A stretch of 64,000 nucleotides of DNA from Schmidtea polychroa. Lineage: Eukaryota. Both the position numbers and the translations under genes were made by a program. The notes beneath the pieces are model-generated. The model saw only the letters and a program-made list of their open reading frames with translations. It did not search any database and had not been told where the DNA came from. How positions within the stretch are numbered: position 1 is the first letter of the stretch; the number at the start of each line of letters is the position of its first letter. Below are positions 47,283-61,300 of this stretch, one piece after another. Where the stretch lies: positions 37,262,001-37,326,000 of the forward strand of contig CM097888.1 in the NCBI GenBank assembly GCA_044892525.1, given 5' to 3'.

Positions 47283-49054
47283 GTTTTGTTTACAGCCTTT
47301 AACTACCATTTCCTTTTCAAACAATATTTTCTATTTTTTGACACCCATTAATTATTTCATCAATATGACAAAAAACAGAAAAGAAAATATGAAGAAGAAA
47401 ATAGAAGCTTTAAATTAAAATTGGAGGATGATTATGCGTTTATTGAAAGAAACGGTAAACCAACATATCTTATGTGGAACCAGACACTTTCCAATTCAAA
47501 GCAAGTAACTGAAAAGAACCACGGAAGTTTTATCATCACTTATCCATATAATACCATTATAAGAACTGCCAAAATGAATTCGTACATATCTGGACTAAGT
47601 TCCCAACAGAAATTGTTATCATCATTTACTAATGAGAGTATTTTTGTAGCTGAGGTTAGTTACGCCTTATCCTGATATATTGCACGAGCTAAACGGCCAT
47701 ATACAGAAGGTGAATTTATAAAGAAAAATATATGTGAGGTGGTCAAAGAAGCTAGATTCTAATAATACCAAATTACATATGTTGGTTGAACAAATTCTGA
47801 TTTCACGCCATACAACCGAGAGACGTGTTTCTGAAATTAGTAGAGATTCTGTAGAACAGCTAATAGTTGATATAAAAAACAGTGTAGCGTTTAGTTTAGC
47901 TCTCGATGAATCTACAGACATTCAAGATATTCCACAACTAGATGTATTTATCCGATACGTATCTGCTGATGTAACCGTGAAAGAAGAATTGCTGGATTTA
48001 GTAGCACTCAAGGATGCAACCCGTGGGATTGATATTAAGAATGCACTCGACACAATATTGTCATCTAATAGTATACATTTGAACCGATTTGTAAGCGTTG
48101 CAACCGATAGTGTATCGTCGATGTTAAGTAAAAATATAGGTCTTGTTTGTCTTTTAAAAAGTGGTCCGAGAATACCTAATTTTATCTGTTCATTGTATTA
48201 TTCACCGAGAAAATTTAAGTATGAAAACAGTTCTTAAGGTTGTTAATTATATTTGAAAAAACTCAAAAAATCATAGACAATATAAAAATGTTCTTGAAGA
48301 ATTAGAATTTGATGACCATTCTAATGAGTTGCCGTTCTATTCTATTGTCAGATGGTTATCTACATATAATGTATTAAGTTGTTTCTGTTATTTAATATAC
48401 CCAATCAAGGATTTTCTTATAAAAAGCAAAACTTTTATCCACAATTAGAAGAAACTTACTGGCTACAAGATTCAATGTTCTTAACTAATACTATAGAACA
48501 TATACAATCACTCAATTTAAAATTACAAGGCCTTGAAAGAAAATTAAAACTGTTCAAAAACGATTTGATTTCGAAAAATTTCAGTCATTTTCTCAGATTG
48601 AAAAATGTGTCTTCACAAATGAAAGATACAAAACTTGAAGAGTATATAGATAAATTAGAGGAATTAATAAATGATTTGCATTGAGATTTGAAGGTTTAAG
48701 AAAATTCCAATTATGCATCGATTTTTTGGTGAATTAATTTGAAATTGATGTAATCAACAAAGGATTTTCAATTATATAAAGTATTTTACCTATAACAACT
48801 ACTGCAGAATTAAAATTGATTGAGATGCAGAAAGACTCTGGATTAAAAGAGCATCATAGATCGATAGCGTCTCCAATATAATTTTGGAAACTTGTTGCTA
48901 AATCTAAATACCCACATTTGAAAAAGGCCACCTTAAAGTTAATCTCAATGTTTGGCACCACCCACTGTTGTGAATCTTTGTATTCTGCAATGAAGTATAT
49001 TAAGAAAAGTTGGCAACCCTGATATAGAGGATGAAACAGAGTTTCATATCCCAA
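46723..49054 (+). mobile_element. hAT transposon (Buster/GTF2IRD2-like), decayed; right end missing
   Basis: Left TIR CAGAGGTGGCGAAAC; frameshifted transposase from about 47365: SLALDESTDIQDIPQLDVFIRYV, EELLDLVALKDATRGIDI, VRWLS, WLQDSMFLT, FGTTHCCESLYS. Confidence 0.92.
47244..47279. repeat. (AT)n microsatellite
   Basis: About 18 consecutive AT units. Confidence 0.95.
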
Positions 49055-49064
49055 TTCATTGAGA

Positions 49065-49750
49065 TTCTATAGTCAATCGTGCGTGTGATTGAGTGTTGTT
49101 ATGCAAGGGAATTGGACATTTTTTGATCAATGTCGGATAAGTAAGATAAAGTTTTTGTTGCATTTCATCGATTTCATGACAATGCTTAACTGATGTGAGG
49201 CCTATAGTGAATAATGCCACCAGTAGACTACGAAGCAGTAACATGACCTTCCTTCAATAGAATTTCGATTTTAAAAAGTGTGTCGGTGCTTAAATTTTTC
49301 CAATTATTGATAAGAACATCTTATAATATTATTAATAATCAAATTTTCATCGCACATCATTATACTATATTGTTGCATAATTGAAGAGCGATACAGGCCC
49401 GTAGTGGCGATTCCTTAGATGATTGTTCAATTCACATGATACACCAGCTTGTTGAGGTTCTTCACCTTACAGATTTGTTTCATATCGTAAACGACAGTGG
49501 AATGATCAACGTTGATTTCCCAACCTTCTCTCGTCGATTTGAGTAAGTCAACTTCGATTATTGCCTTCATCAAAGGCTGATTTCTTCACTTTGAAACGTT
49601 TTTAACCAACGGATGAATGTACACACAATTACACTACCTTTGACGACAACTTGGTTGATATATCAAATATATCAAATAAAAAAGTGAAACCTATTTTTAA
49701 ATCGCACAAGGTCGAGACGTTCCGGACGAGGTTCGATCAGAAATTGTAAG
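49065..49750 (-). mobile_element. Mariner (Hsmar1/SETMAR-like) transposase remnant
   Basis: MKAIIEVDLLKSTRE..EINVDHSTVV..MKQICKVKNLNKLVYH; IMMCDENLII; KVMLL; EIDEMQQKL; PIPLHNNTQSHA. Confidence 0.85.
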
Positions 49751-50595
49751 CAAAATCGTGGTTAACTAAAAATTGTAATTATTTATTGAGAATTGTAAAT
49801 TTGCTATAAAACAAATATACGTTGGGAATTTGTGTTTATCAATTTTTGGGACACATGGACTTTTTAGTATCATAAAACCCAACACATTTTTACATAGTAA
49901 AAATAAATATAATTGAAATTCTAAAGAAAACACATCAAAAGTGAACAAAAAGATAAATGATATTATTCATATTTAAAATTCTTAATTAATTATAATTTTT
50001 CATTATTATAATTAAGCCTTTTGATGTTTAATTTGCGTTTATAAATTCAGCGAATATATTAACTAGATTTAATAAAGCATTTATTCAAATAATATTGAAT
50101 AATTTATTCTAAGATAAATAATGCTAATGATATACTACTCGCCATTGTTGGATATTAATGATAAATTATTAAGTAGTTTCTTTGTGAGCATATAGTGTAA
50201 TGAATTTCCATTACTGATTTCATATCAATCATTATTTGAAAAATACAGAATTTCTCAATGGTGTTTTATTAAAGTGATAATACGATTGATAACGCGACTG
50301 CTTTTTAAAATAATTATCATCATAATTGGTATTTAATTGTTAATATTATATACTGATTTTTGTAATCATACTGATTTTGATTTTGGAATAATTTCTAATG
50401 AGTGTTGACAATGAAATATACGATCCAATATGTTATCTATCCAATGGAAAAGTAAGACATTTTTAGTAATTAAAATTACATGAATTTCAATAATGATATT
50501 AGTTTTTTTTTAATTTTAAATTTATATAACTTTTAATTTGGAATTGACATAAATAATTTTTATGACTAAAATTTTTCCATTAAAATAAGTATAAC

Positions 50596-51161
50596 CAGCG
50601 GCCTAAAAATGGGGTTGCAAAAGCAAGCAATGATTTGGGGTCTTGCAAAAGCCCTTTTCCATAAATTGAATATTTTAAAATTATAAAATGTTAAAAGCAT
50701 AATCATAAACCTATCTAAAATAATTCATATTCAACCTTCGTCAAGAGTGATTCCACTACTCGATAAAACATGCTACAAGTGTCATGAGAATGAACATATA
50801 ATATGTAATTAAAAATTGTAAAGGATCATGAAAGAAATTCAATTAGTAATCACGACTATATCAAAAGAAAATAAAGAGACTAGAAAAATGAACTTTGCAG
50901 ATCTCATTGTCAAATTTTCTCATGAAAAGGTTAGAAAGAAACTATAATATATATTTTATTATAAATATAAAATACAATATTTTCTTGCTTAAAAAAATGA
51001 CAAAATTCTATATTTTTTCATATACAAGCGCATTCTTAATATTTATTTAAACTTGGCCAGATCAATTCGTAACTTATTACATTTATTCTAAATGTTCAGC
51101 TGCCAAAAGAGCCTCGATATTAATTTTACTCGGGGGTCTAAAATTTGTATCTACGTCGCTA
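50596..51161 (+). mobile_element. Non-autonomous hAT derivative
   Basis: Ends CAGCGGCCTA / CTACGTCGCTA; internal hAT C-terminal remnant DLIVKFSHEKVRKKL*. Confidence 0.6.
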
Positions 51162-51290
51162 AATCGCTTATACAATTAAATTGAAAAATGGACTATTATA
51201 AGAAAATTTATTAAATACTAAGTGACAACCAATAAAACTAAATAGCGTTCAAAAATTGTATGAAATTAAATGCAAAGTCATGTATAAGTG

Positions 51291-52916
51291 CAGAGCCGTA
51301 GCTAGGGAAAATGGCGCCCCTGGTGCCAAAAGAATCCACCACTCCCACTAATTATGTACTTACAGGAATGGAATTGGTCTTGAAGAGTCAAATTAAGATG
51401 CAAAGCTATACAATGTTTAACCAAACTTATATTATAACGAAAACCAATTAAAAATNNNNNNNNNNNNNNNNNNNNNNNNNNNNNNNNNNNNNNNNNNNNN
51501 NNNNNNNNNNNNNNNNNNNNNNNNNNNNNNNNNNNNNNNNNNNNNNNNNNNNNNNNNNNNNNNNNNNNNNNNNNNNNNNNNNNNNNNNNNNNNNNNNNNN
51601 NNNNNNNNNNNNNNNNNNNNNNNNNNNNNNGGATTATGTTTGTTCTGACAATGTCTCATTCGGCATAATGTCGTATACTTTATAGTATATTTTGCGGTAT
51701 AATAAAACATGGTTCCATGTATTTATAAACAATTTCTGTTAAATTCAATTGAAATTCAATTGAATATGACCGTCGAAATAGGCCTGGACGAATGGAGAAA
51801 TTGTTAAAAGATAGTACGAAAATCAATTCATTCCAGAAATGAAAAAATATCAAAACACTATTAATAAAAGAGGGAAAACTCTAGAAAACTCTAGACGATG
51901 CACATTCCCACTCATCACTAGAATGTGTAAACCAGATTGATAAAATGTTTATAGTAAAATTTCTTCCTCCAAATGTCACGTCAGTAATACAACCGATGGA
52001 TCAAGGTGTGATAGAAACTGTTAAGTGCTTATATAGAAAAAAGATGCTTCGACAATTATTGCTAGCAGACGAAAACAATGAAGAAAAGTTATAAGAAATT
52101 AAATTTAAAAGACCTTTGCTATATGGCAGTCGAAAGTTGGAATTCCATAGATGTGTCAACTTTAAGAAAATCATGGAACAAAATTTTGAAAAAAGCAGTG
52201 GCAAATTCCAGAGCAGTAGCTAGGGAAAATGGCGCCCCTGGTGCCAAAAGAATCCACCACTCCCATTAATTATGTACTTACAGGAATGGAATTGGTTTTG
52301 AAGAGTCAAACTAAGATGCAAAGTTATACAATGCTTAAACGACCTAATATTATAAAGAAAACCAATTAATTATAAATATTTATTATACATGTGTATATAC
52401 ATATATAGCTTCATCTCCAATATCAGCGGGTGGCCGAGTTTGCAAGAAATGAATTGCCATATTTCACAAAATTTCCCTTACTATGAAAATATAATTCTGA
52501 TTCTTTTCTCAATATTGAATAGGCTATTCTCCGATTTCTCGTTTTTATATATAGACTACTGTATCGGGCATATCGATATCTTTAACCATTATCATCAATT
52601 GTCCTTCCTTCTTTCAAACGATTTTCAAGATCTTTCCAGGCTAAGTAGCATTTTCTATCCTAAAAACTGTTTTCATGATCAACCACCTTCGGATTTAGTC
52701 GCCCGTTTGCAAAAACCTTTAGATAGACCAGCAAAACAGTTTTGTTTTAGTATAATTTTTGAAAACAGTAAACATGGAAAGCAGAATATAAAAATTTAAT
52801 ATGAAAAAAAGAAAGAAAAGCAAAAAAAATTTAAATGATCATTTCACAGTTTTGGCGCCCTTCGACTCGGCGCCTGGGGCGGTCGCCCCATTCGCCACCC
52901 CCTACCTACGGCTCTG
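51291..52916. mobile_element. hAT-type non-autonomous element with duplicated left end (51291 and 52209)
   Basis: TIRs CAGAGCCGTAG / CTACGGCTCTG; 8-bp TSD TATAAGTG / TATAGGTG; spans an N gap. Confidence 0.75.
51750..52200 (+). pseudogene. pogo/Jerky-like DDE transposase fragment
   Basis: LDDAHSH...[31 protein letters not shown]...LKDLCYMAVESWNSI...KSWNKIL. Confidence 0.85.
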
Positions 52917-55377
52917 TATAGGTGAACTGTTCTTCACACATTTTGAAAATTTTAATTAAGTGTTTTATTTTTTGTGTTAGAGAAATGTCGTTACAAATGC
53001 AACCTTTGTGACCAAAAGGAACGCCGGTTTACAAATGATTCGTTATATGAGTCGATATATCCTATTTCGGGATGCAAGTTCACGCGACCACTAAATCAAT
53101 TGAAATTTGTGTTTCATAAATCTTGTTATTATTGTTGTCTTTTCGTTTAAATTATATAGAAAATTGGGACGCTTAAATAATTAAATAAGTAAATCTTTGA
53201 AGTTTGATATAAAATTTTAAAAAATTTGTAAAAATTGTTTCGTTATTTTTTTAAACCAACAAATTTCACATTCATTTTGTTTTTTCAAGAAATTTGGCAA
53301 TTTTGCAATGAGGTAGTTATTATTTTTATTGCGAATTTGAAACTTTTAAGGAAAATATTTAAGCTTCATTTAAAACAAAATTATATTCAAAAACTAGGAA
53401 TTGACTTTCATACAAGTTCAGACAAAAATTTTTTAATTTTATTTAATCGATAACCAAAAACAATGAGAAATATATCTGTGGCCTCTGACATTTGATCCAC
53501 AAATAATTGAATTTAGTTATTTCATTAACTTTATTACCAAGAGATATGCTAAAAATCCTTCGTTCACATTCATTTTGTCATAGGAAACAATCAAGAATTT
53601 AACAAATAAAATCTAATTAAATGCGAAATTTTTTTTTTATAATTGGTAACAATTTTATTAACAAATTCTCATAATTATTTAGTCTATTTATATCACTTAT
53701 TAAAATATTTGGAATTATTAAACAGATTTATTTCTTTAAACCTCATTTTAAATTTAATATTCAGTTTTTTTAGCTTTAAAAAGTCATTTGAGACAGAATT
53801 TAAAGATTTCACAAATTTTGTTTCAAATGTTAATATTAAAAATCTGTCTTGATTGTCTTGACACATTGGTGTTCGCTGGTAGTTTTATTTGTTTTAATGA
53901 ACTGAGTGATCTCTACACCTACAATGAAAGCTGAAATACAAATAAAACCCTTACCACACTGATTAAATTAAGGGATGTATTTCATGTAATTTATTTAATA
54001 ACTGCAAAAAAGGATAATTTTTCAGTTAATATTTTCTTGATAAGTTTGATTTAATGAATCAAATTCGTCTATTATATCCATGTAAATGTCTTCAGAGTAA
54101 CTTTCACAAAAGTTTTCGCAATTGTTCCTATTGTTATTATTCTTTAGAAGAAACTTTCATAAAAAATAAAATTGGTTTCACACTTTACATTATAACAAAC
54201 GTTCTTTTAAATCTAACTACTAGCAGTATCAATAAAAATGTAAAATATTCCAGTCCCTCAAATTTATTTGTATAATTTTTATTCATATGCAAAAAATTAA
54301 ATGCTGCCGTCTCCCCCCCCCCCCCCCGACCCCTTTTTAAAATTGACTTTTCTATCCGACACTATTGATCAACTTTTTATGCTTTAATTGAAATCAACTT
54401 TTTTTAAATTATATTAATAAATTTTAAATACCAAAAATAGAATTCATTGTTGTTTATATTTCATTATTGATCGAATTATAAGAACTTTATTTTCCTTTTC
54501 AAATTTTGCCACTTATTTCTTTTCCATTGTATTTATTAAAAAAGCTTGACTATGAATCAATAAATATTTTTTTGATATTCACGAATTTTCGGCATTGGTT
54601 GTAATCATTATGTTTGTGTTGTTTCAGAATTTATTTTATTTAATAATTTTTTATTATTATCTCTACTGGTCATATTTTTAGATATAATAGGATCTACAAT
54701 GGAGTAATTTTTTTTTATCAATAACTATTTATCAAAATTATATTAAATTATCTATTTTAAAATTAACATCAATCTATTTATAATTAAAATATTGTTTAAT
54801 TATTTACAAAGTAAATATAACATTTGTCTAAAAAAACGAAAAAGGCACGTTGCAGAAAAAAGCTCATGATAAAATGCAAGAGATTGGAGATTTTGTGTTC
54901 ACTGATTTTTTAACCAATTCGATCTTTAACTATCGACGAAGACATCATTAATACCGTTTCCAAGCTGATCAGTGCAGAATGATTTTATAAGTGCCAACCT
55001 TAAAAACTGTTATGATAAAAATAAATTATATGAAGACACAATTTATGATTTATCTGGAACCTCAAAAAATCATTTACAAATTGAAATTTTAATTACAAGA
55101 AAGTTAATTTAAACACTATTTTTCATTATTTTTGAAACAAGTACAACCTTTTCTAATGTAAAATTTCAAAATCATCAATCAAAATTCGCTTGACGGACTA
55201 GAAATGTGAAAAGATAATTGAAACTACTCACCGAGACAGTCAAATGAATAATGATACATTTGGTAATCCTGAAAGATGATATGCATCACTGCAATATGTC
55301 ATATAAATATAAAGAAACATTTTTAAAATTTGTACTAAACTACATTTTTAATCTGTTTAAAACCTTAGAGAAAATTC

Positions 55378-58300
55378 ATGCGTGTCTTTATTACATATGA
55401 AAATGATCGGGTTTCGATGGACATACCATTTGGAGAAACAGTTAGAAAAATCAAAGAATTAATAATCAAGAGAATGTCTATTCCACAAAACACCAGTCAC
55501 TTAGGTAATGAAAATCAAATGAGGAAAGTTCTGGTTTTGAATTGTTTTGGAGCAGAATTACCCGATCATTGGATACTGTCTGATTTGAGCATTACTCCTG
55601 GATCTACTTTGAAAGCTTACATGAAAGATGAAATGGATCCAATTTTGTATTTCAAAATTGGCTACAATTCAAACACTATTCCAGTTTTGGAAAAGATGAA
55701 ATTACAAGATTTATCTGTATCAGATCTCAGATCATTAGCATCCAAGTAATCTTTTATTATTTCTAATTATTTATTGTAATTTATCATATAAAATTATTCT
55801 TAAAATAATTTTCCAATAATAATTATTATATATGAAATTTTATATGGCTAATAGTTATTTTCTGGTTATGTTTGAAAACCATATGTAATAATTATTTCAA
55901 TAAAATTTTATTTAAATAATTATGTAAAAATTTCCTGTAATTTGTCAACCTTAGAAAACTTCTCTGTTTTTATGTCACTAATAATTTTTCATTGTTTCGA
56001 TTTTTCTATTATTCATTCTAATACAATCCACATCTGATAAAATGGACTAAAATTTTTGTTATCATGAAATTATATTAATCTGTATTTAATTTTCTTTCAT
56101 ATTCCTGTAGTTTTAAAAATACATTCCTGCCTTTTAATGAATTTTAGGTGTAGATACAAAATATAAGAATATCATCCAAGTACAGGAATACTTCGAACAG
56201 GTTAATCGGTTCTGGAATTTAGCCGTACTATTTGAAACCGGACTATTCGAGGCATTCTGGTGCTAATAACTCTACGGCTTAGTACCCCTATTAAGAAATT
56301 TAAAAATCGTTATTATAATCTAGTAAACAAAAAATATTTTGTTATGTATTTTTATTTTTCTGATATTCAAGAGCAAAACAAGCATATTTAACACAGTTGT
56401 ACATTTAAATATATATTTATTGAAATTTATAAGCCGGCAATACCAATTCATTGCAACTAAATCAAAAAAAAGAATTTATTTCATTTTAAAAATATTAAAA
56501 AAAGCTGATGAAAAACAAGTAAATAAAATTAAATAAACACAACAATTTAATTTAAAAAAGATCAACAAAAGCAATTCACTTAAATTCTAATGTTTAGATT
56601 CATTTTTTATTGTTTAAAAATTTCAATAACGATGTCTGAACTTTTTTTTGTCGTTTCTCCTCATACATTTCTTTGTAGCAATGAATTGCGTTGGCTATTG
56701 TTCGACGAATTGTAATGCGGCGTTCTATATTAGAATCAACTTCCATTATATGATCCGAAACTTTTTCGATCATTTCAATGATTTCTTTGAGCTGTTCAGA
56801 AGTTAAATCTTTAGCAGGGGTTCAACAATTTCATTGTGAAGTTTAATAACGCTAAGCTTCTATTCTAAAGTGAGCCATTTGCGTTTTTTGGTTGTGGAGT
56901 CACTTTTACACTTTGTTCTGCCACTCATTTTATTTTTTAAATTAAAATCTAAATATATAAAAGTCAACATACTCTACGATTAAAAATATAAAACCAACAA
57001 CTTTGATCTATTATCGCACGATCGGGAATGTATCCGTAGTGAATTTTTTTACGGTTTATTTATTTAATTTTTTATTAAAACTACAAACCAGAAATTAAAC
57101 GTAACAAAACAAATTATTAAACACGTGCCGTATGATTTTATAATAACGAATAAATTCTAAAAAATTAATTTAAAAAAACTTTTAAATTTCGAAAATTTTA
57201 TTTAGTCATTTTAAAAACAATCATATTTTGAAAATTTCAAAACCGTACTATAGAGAAACCGTACTGATCGAAACCGTACTTTCACCTAAATACCCAGAAG
57301 ATCTAAAAAAATAACTAAAATTTAGAGCTAATAATCAATTATTTCAATATAATATAAAAAATGTAAATTACAAATTTTTTGAAAATCTTAATTTATAAAA
57401 AAAAATTCATTTTGCTTGTAATGACATTTTTAATTTTTTTAATACTAAATATATTTCTTTTTATTATTGATGTATTTCAAATCCTGCTTTTGAATGTCAT
57501 GAGTGCAATACCACATACATAGGAATGACTATCCCTCATTAATGCGCTCTCAAATCGACCGAGGAAATTGATAAAGTGAGCATAATAAGGAATAAAATAG
57601 AGGTGGTACATGAAAAACATTTGTCTAAAATGATGTTATGTAAGCTTGTAAAAAATCGTTAAACTTAATAAAAATTATTTAGCGATCTTAAAAAAAATTT
57701 TTTAATCAAATATATTTTTTAAAAATTTATGAATTTTTTGGCTTGTGAATTTAAAAATTTTATTTATTTTATTATTATTTTTATTTATCAAATTATTTTA
57801 TTTATTATATTTTATCATGAATCCCTTAACTCATAATATGGACACCCGAAATAAAATTTTTACTAGTGAACCCTTTCAATGCTCCTATGGACACCGTTTG
57901 CTTAAGATCAAAAATTTTCATTTAATTAACACGAACTTTATACCATTTAGTGTATTGACCATAATTCCTAAAAATGGAATGCAAATGACTAATTATATTC
58001 ATAAAGTCGTTTTTGAAAATTATTTAATGATTATTATTTAAAAAAAAGCTTGATCATAAATTGGTCACACTCAGCTGAACACCAACGCCCCAAAAGAACA
58101 CCATAACAACATCAAGTAATTAATTACTTTTCTGTAGCTATTTTTAGGAATCCATACAAAAATTTTAATTTAATTACGAATGGCATTATTAGCTATACAA
58201 ATTTAATTGATTTATTTTCACAACAGAGAATAAAACACTTTATATTTTAGTTACTTTACAAATAATATTATTGTTTTACTAAGTGAAATGGTAAATTTCT

Positions 58301-61300
58301 ATTGGTAATACAGTAAATGATTTTGGGATATTGTTTTACTGATGGATGGAGAAATGAAATTTCCAGCTTGCCTAATTTGGTTAAAATGATAGGAAATTTT
58401 CAAATAATAAAATTACATTTTGAAATAGAGGTTTCAATTTGATTTTTTTTATTAAAATAACTTATTAAAATTGAATAATTCTTTATAAATTATTTGATAA
58501 CATCTTCACATTAAGAATAAAAAAATTTTAAACAATTAAATGATAATATAAGCCTTTTGCTGCGAAGTATTTATTCAATAACATTAAAGAATTTTCAATT
58601 ATAAAAATAGTCCGTTTCAATTTCTTGTAATTTAGCTTCTTCAATTTTCAAATACATTTTGATCTTCTATTTTATTTCCATTTTCTCTTCTCATTGGTTT
58701 ATTTTCCAATGAGTAAAAATGTTATAATTCTTGCTTTGTTTTCGTTTTTAAATGTAGTTTCATTTATTCTCATTTGAGGAATTATTTTTAAAATACAAAA
58801 AAAAATTTTCCATTATTGAATAACTAATTTCTAAAATTGAATTGCAAATAATTCAAAAAAATTAAAAATTGTCTAGCAAATTAAAATAAAAACAATTAAA
58901 ATACACCGATTAATCTTTTTTCATTATATTTAGAGAGTAGTAAATAAAAAGATAATAATTCATAAATGGAAAGAAGATGGTTAAATTGAATTTGAGACGG
59001 ATTCTTGAAGAACCAGCCACTTCAAACTTATTTTAAGGGGTAAATAAATACATTTTTTGGGGAAATAGCATATTTTATATACAATTAAAACATTCGATAT
59101 AGTAACAAAGGTTGCAACCCAATTTTATAAGGAATGGCGATATTAAAAGTTTAAACCATTATTGAAAAAGAGGCACCAAACTTCATATCACATAGTACAT
59201 AAAATGATTGAACTTTTATAAATATTTATTTTTACTAAATTTAAATCACTTTTACATTTGGTGTTGATGAGCCGAATTTAACCGAAAGAAAATGTTTAAT
59301 ATGTTGCACTAAAAAAGAACTTACAGAAAATAACCCAAAAGCATTCTATTGTGTTAGAAAATAATTTATATTTTCTTGTCGAACATTTATAAAATTTGAA
59401 TTTTTGATTTTAGATGTTATTTCTTCTTTCAGATTTCTCATAGAAAAGTATTGCTTTCAAATGAGAATTATGCATAATTTCACGGTTGAATGAAAAAAGT
59501 CAGAGAATACACTAAAAATATTAAATTATAAAACGATTACGTCATTTATAAAATTATAATAAATTGATACATTATTTATTCACTATTCAAATTATTATCT
59601 AAATCAAATAAATAATTTCTTGTGTTAGTCTCTCCGAAGACAAAATGAAATAAAATACGAAACAAATTCGTCAAGAGTTTATTAATTTTTTACCCCATTA
59701 ATTTTTTATTTTGCTTTGATCGTCATCTTGAAAAACTATAATTTGATTTGGTTTGATTTAATAAAATTTAAATTTCGAACAACAAAATGTTTCAAACCAA
59801 ATCAGATTATAGTTTTTATAGTTAATTGTTCGATTATTTATAAAAATATTGAAAATTTATTTGCTAGTTTAACCGACATTTCACGGGTGATTATTTAGAT
59901 GCGAAATACTGTCCAACACTCAGTTCAGTTATTTTTAAATATGATTTGAAGGTAAATTAATTGTTCGCAATACTTATACTTATATTACAGTTTGCACCCC
60001 AAAACTTAAATTTAATGGTTTTTGATGGGCAAATAGTCTCATTGATTCAATTGGTGCAGTTTTTACTACTACAACAAGAATATTTTTGTAGATTGTGATT
60101 TTCACATTGTACTTCAATTGATCTCACAGTTGATTTGTTGTGCTGACTGTTAGAAGACTTTGGAGACATAAGATTTATTAATACTAAAAGCTGATTATCC
60201 ATCTGAAGGAAGTTATTATATTGTAAATATCTTGAGCAAGATACACACGCATCAATAATACAATATTACACCTCTGGTATTCAGACATACATCACATAAT
60301 AATCTAACATACAAATTCAACATGCAATAATGTTATTTCAAATAAGTATTATTTACACTGACTAAACCCTGAAACTAATTTTTATAGTATTTTCCTAGTC
60401 AAAAACAAAATAACATGTTGAAAGATTTTCCTTCCCGTTCTATTTCATTTAGTCGACCTGATTTTCAGCTGCAAATTATTCCTGTTGATTTGTAATATTT
60501 TGAAAGACTGAAATTTTTGAATGCTTTTTATCTGTTAAAACGTCGTGTTTTGTATTAATTTCATAATGGTTAACTGTCATAGCTCATCAATTGTACGAAG
60601 CATGGATGAAAGTGAAAATAATTAAAAAAAAATCATGCAATATTAATAAAAGTGAAATTACTAAGTAGACTATCCATACATTTTATACAATCTCTCAGAA
60701 TAATTTATCTTAAATTTTCTAAAGGCAACGAACATTGCATTGTTAAGATGTTTTTTTCCATCAAAGGTGTTGCATGATACAATAAATAATAATTTACTGC
60801 ATTTTGTAGGCAGTAATAGCTCAGAAAGTAAGATGTTGGGATAAATTCCTTTGCAGATGAACAAAAATAAGTAATGTAAGTTACAATTTTAAAAACTGAT
60901 AATTATAAAAATGATGATAGTACTGAAAAATTAATGAACTCCTTCATGGATTAACAAGTGAAATGGATTTATAAAATACATCTAATTATCCAGAAGAAGC
61001 AGAAACCTAATGCAACGGTGTCCATGTTAATTATTGAAATCTCCATATATAAAGTAAACACAATCCTTTTACCACTAAGGTCATGTTTTCATGAAATTGT
61101 GTATACTTATTGTTCAATATAAACCAAACCTTGCTGATAGAATCCAAAAATTTACCCTTATGCATTTGAAAATATTATTTTTCATAAAATTATTAATTTT
61201 AGAAAATCTGGTTTGCCCTGCAGTGTTTTTCGAATGGTGACAGAAAAGAATAAAGAAATTTTTGACTGTTATATGGTTGAGGATTATGACATACATGCCA

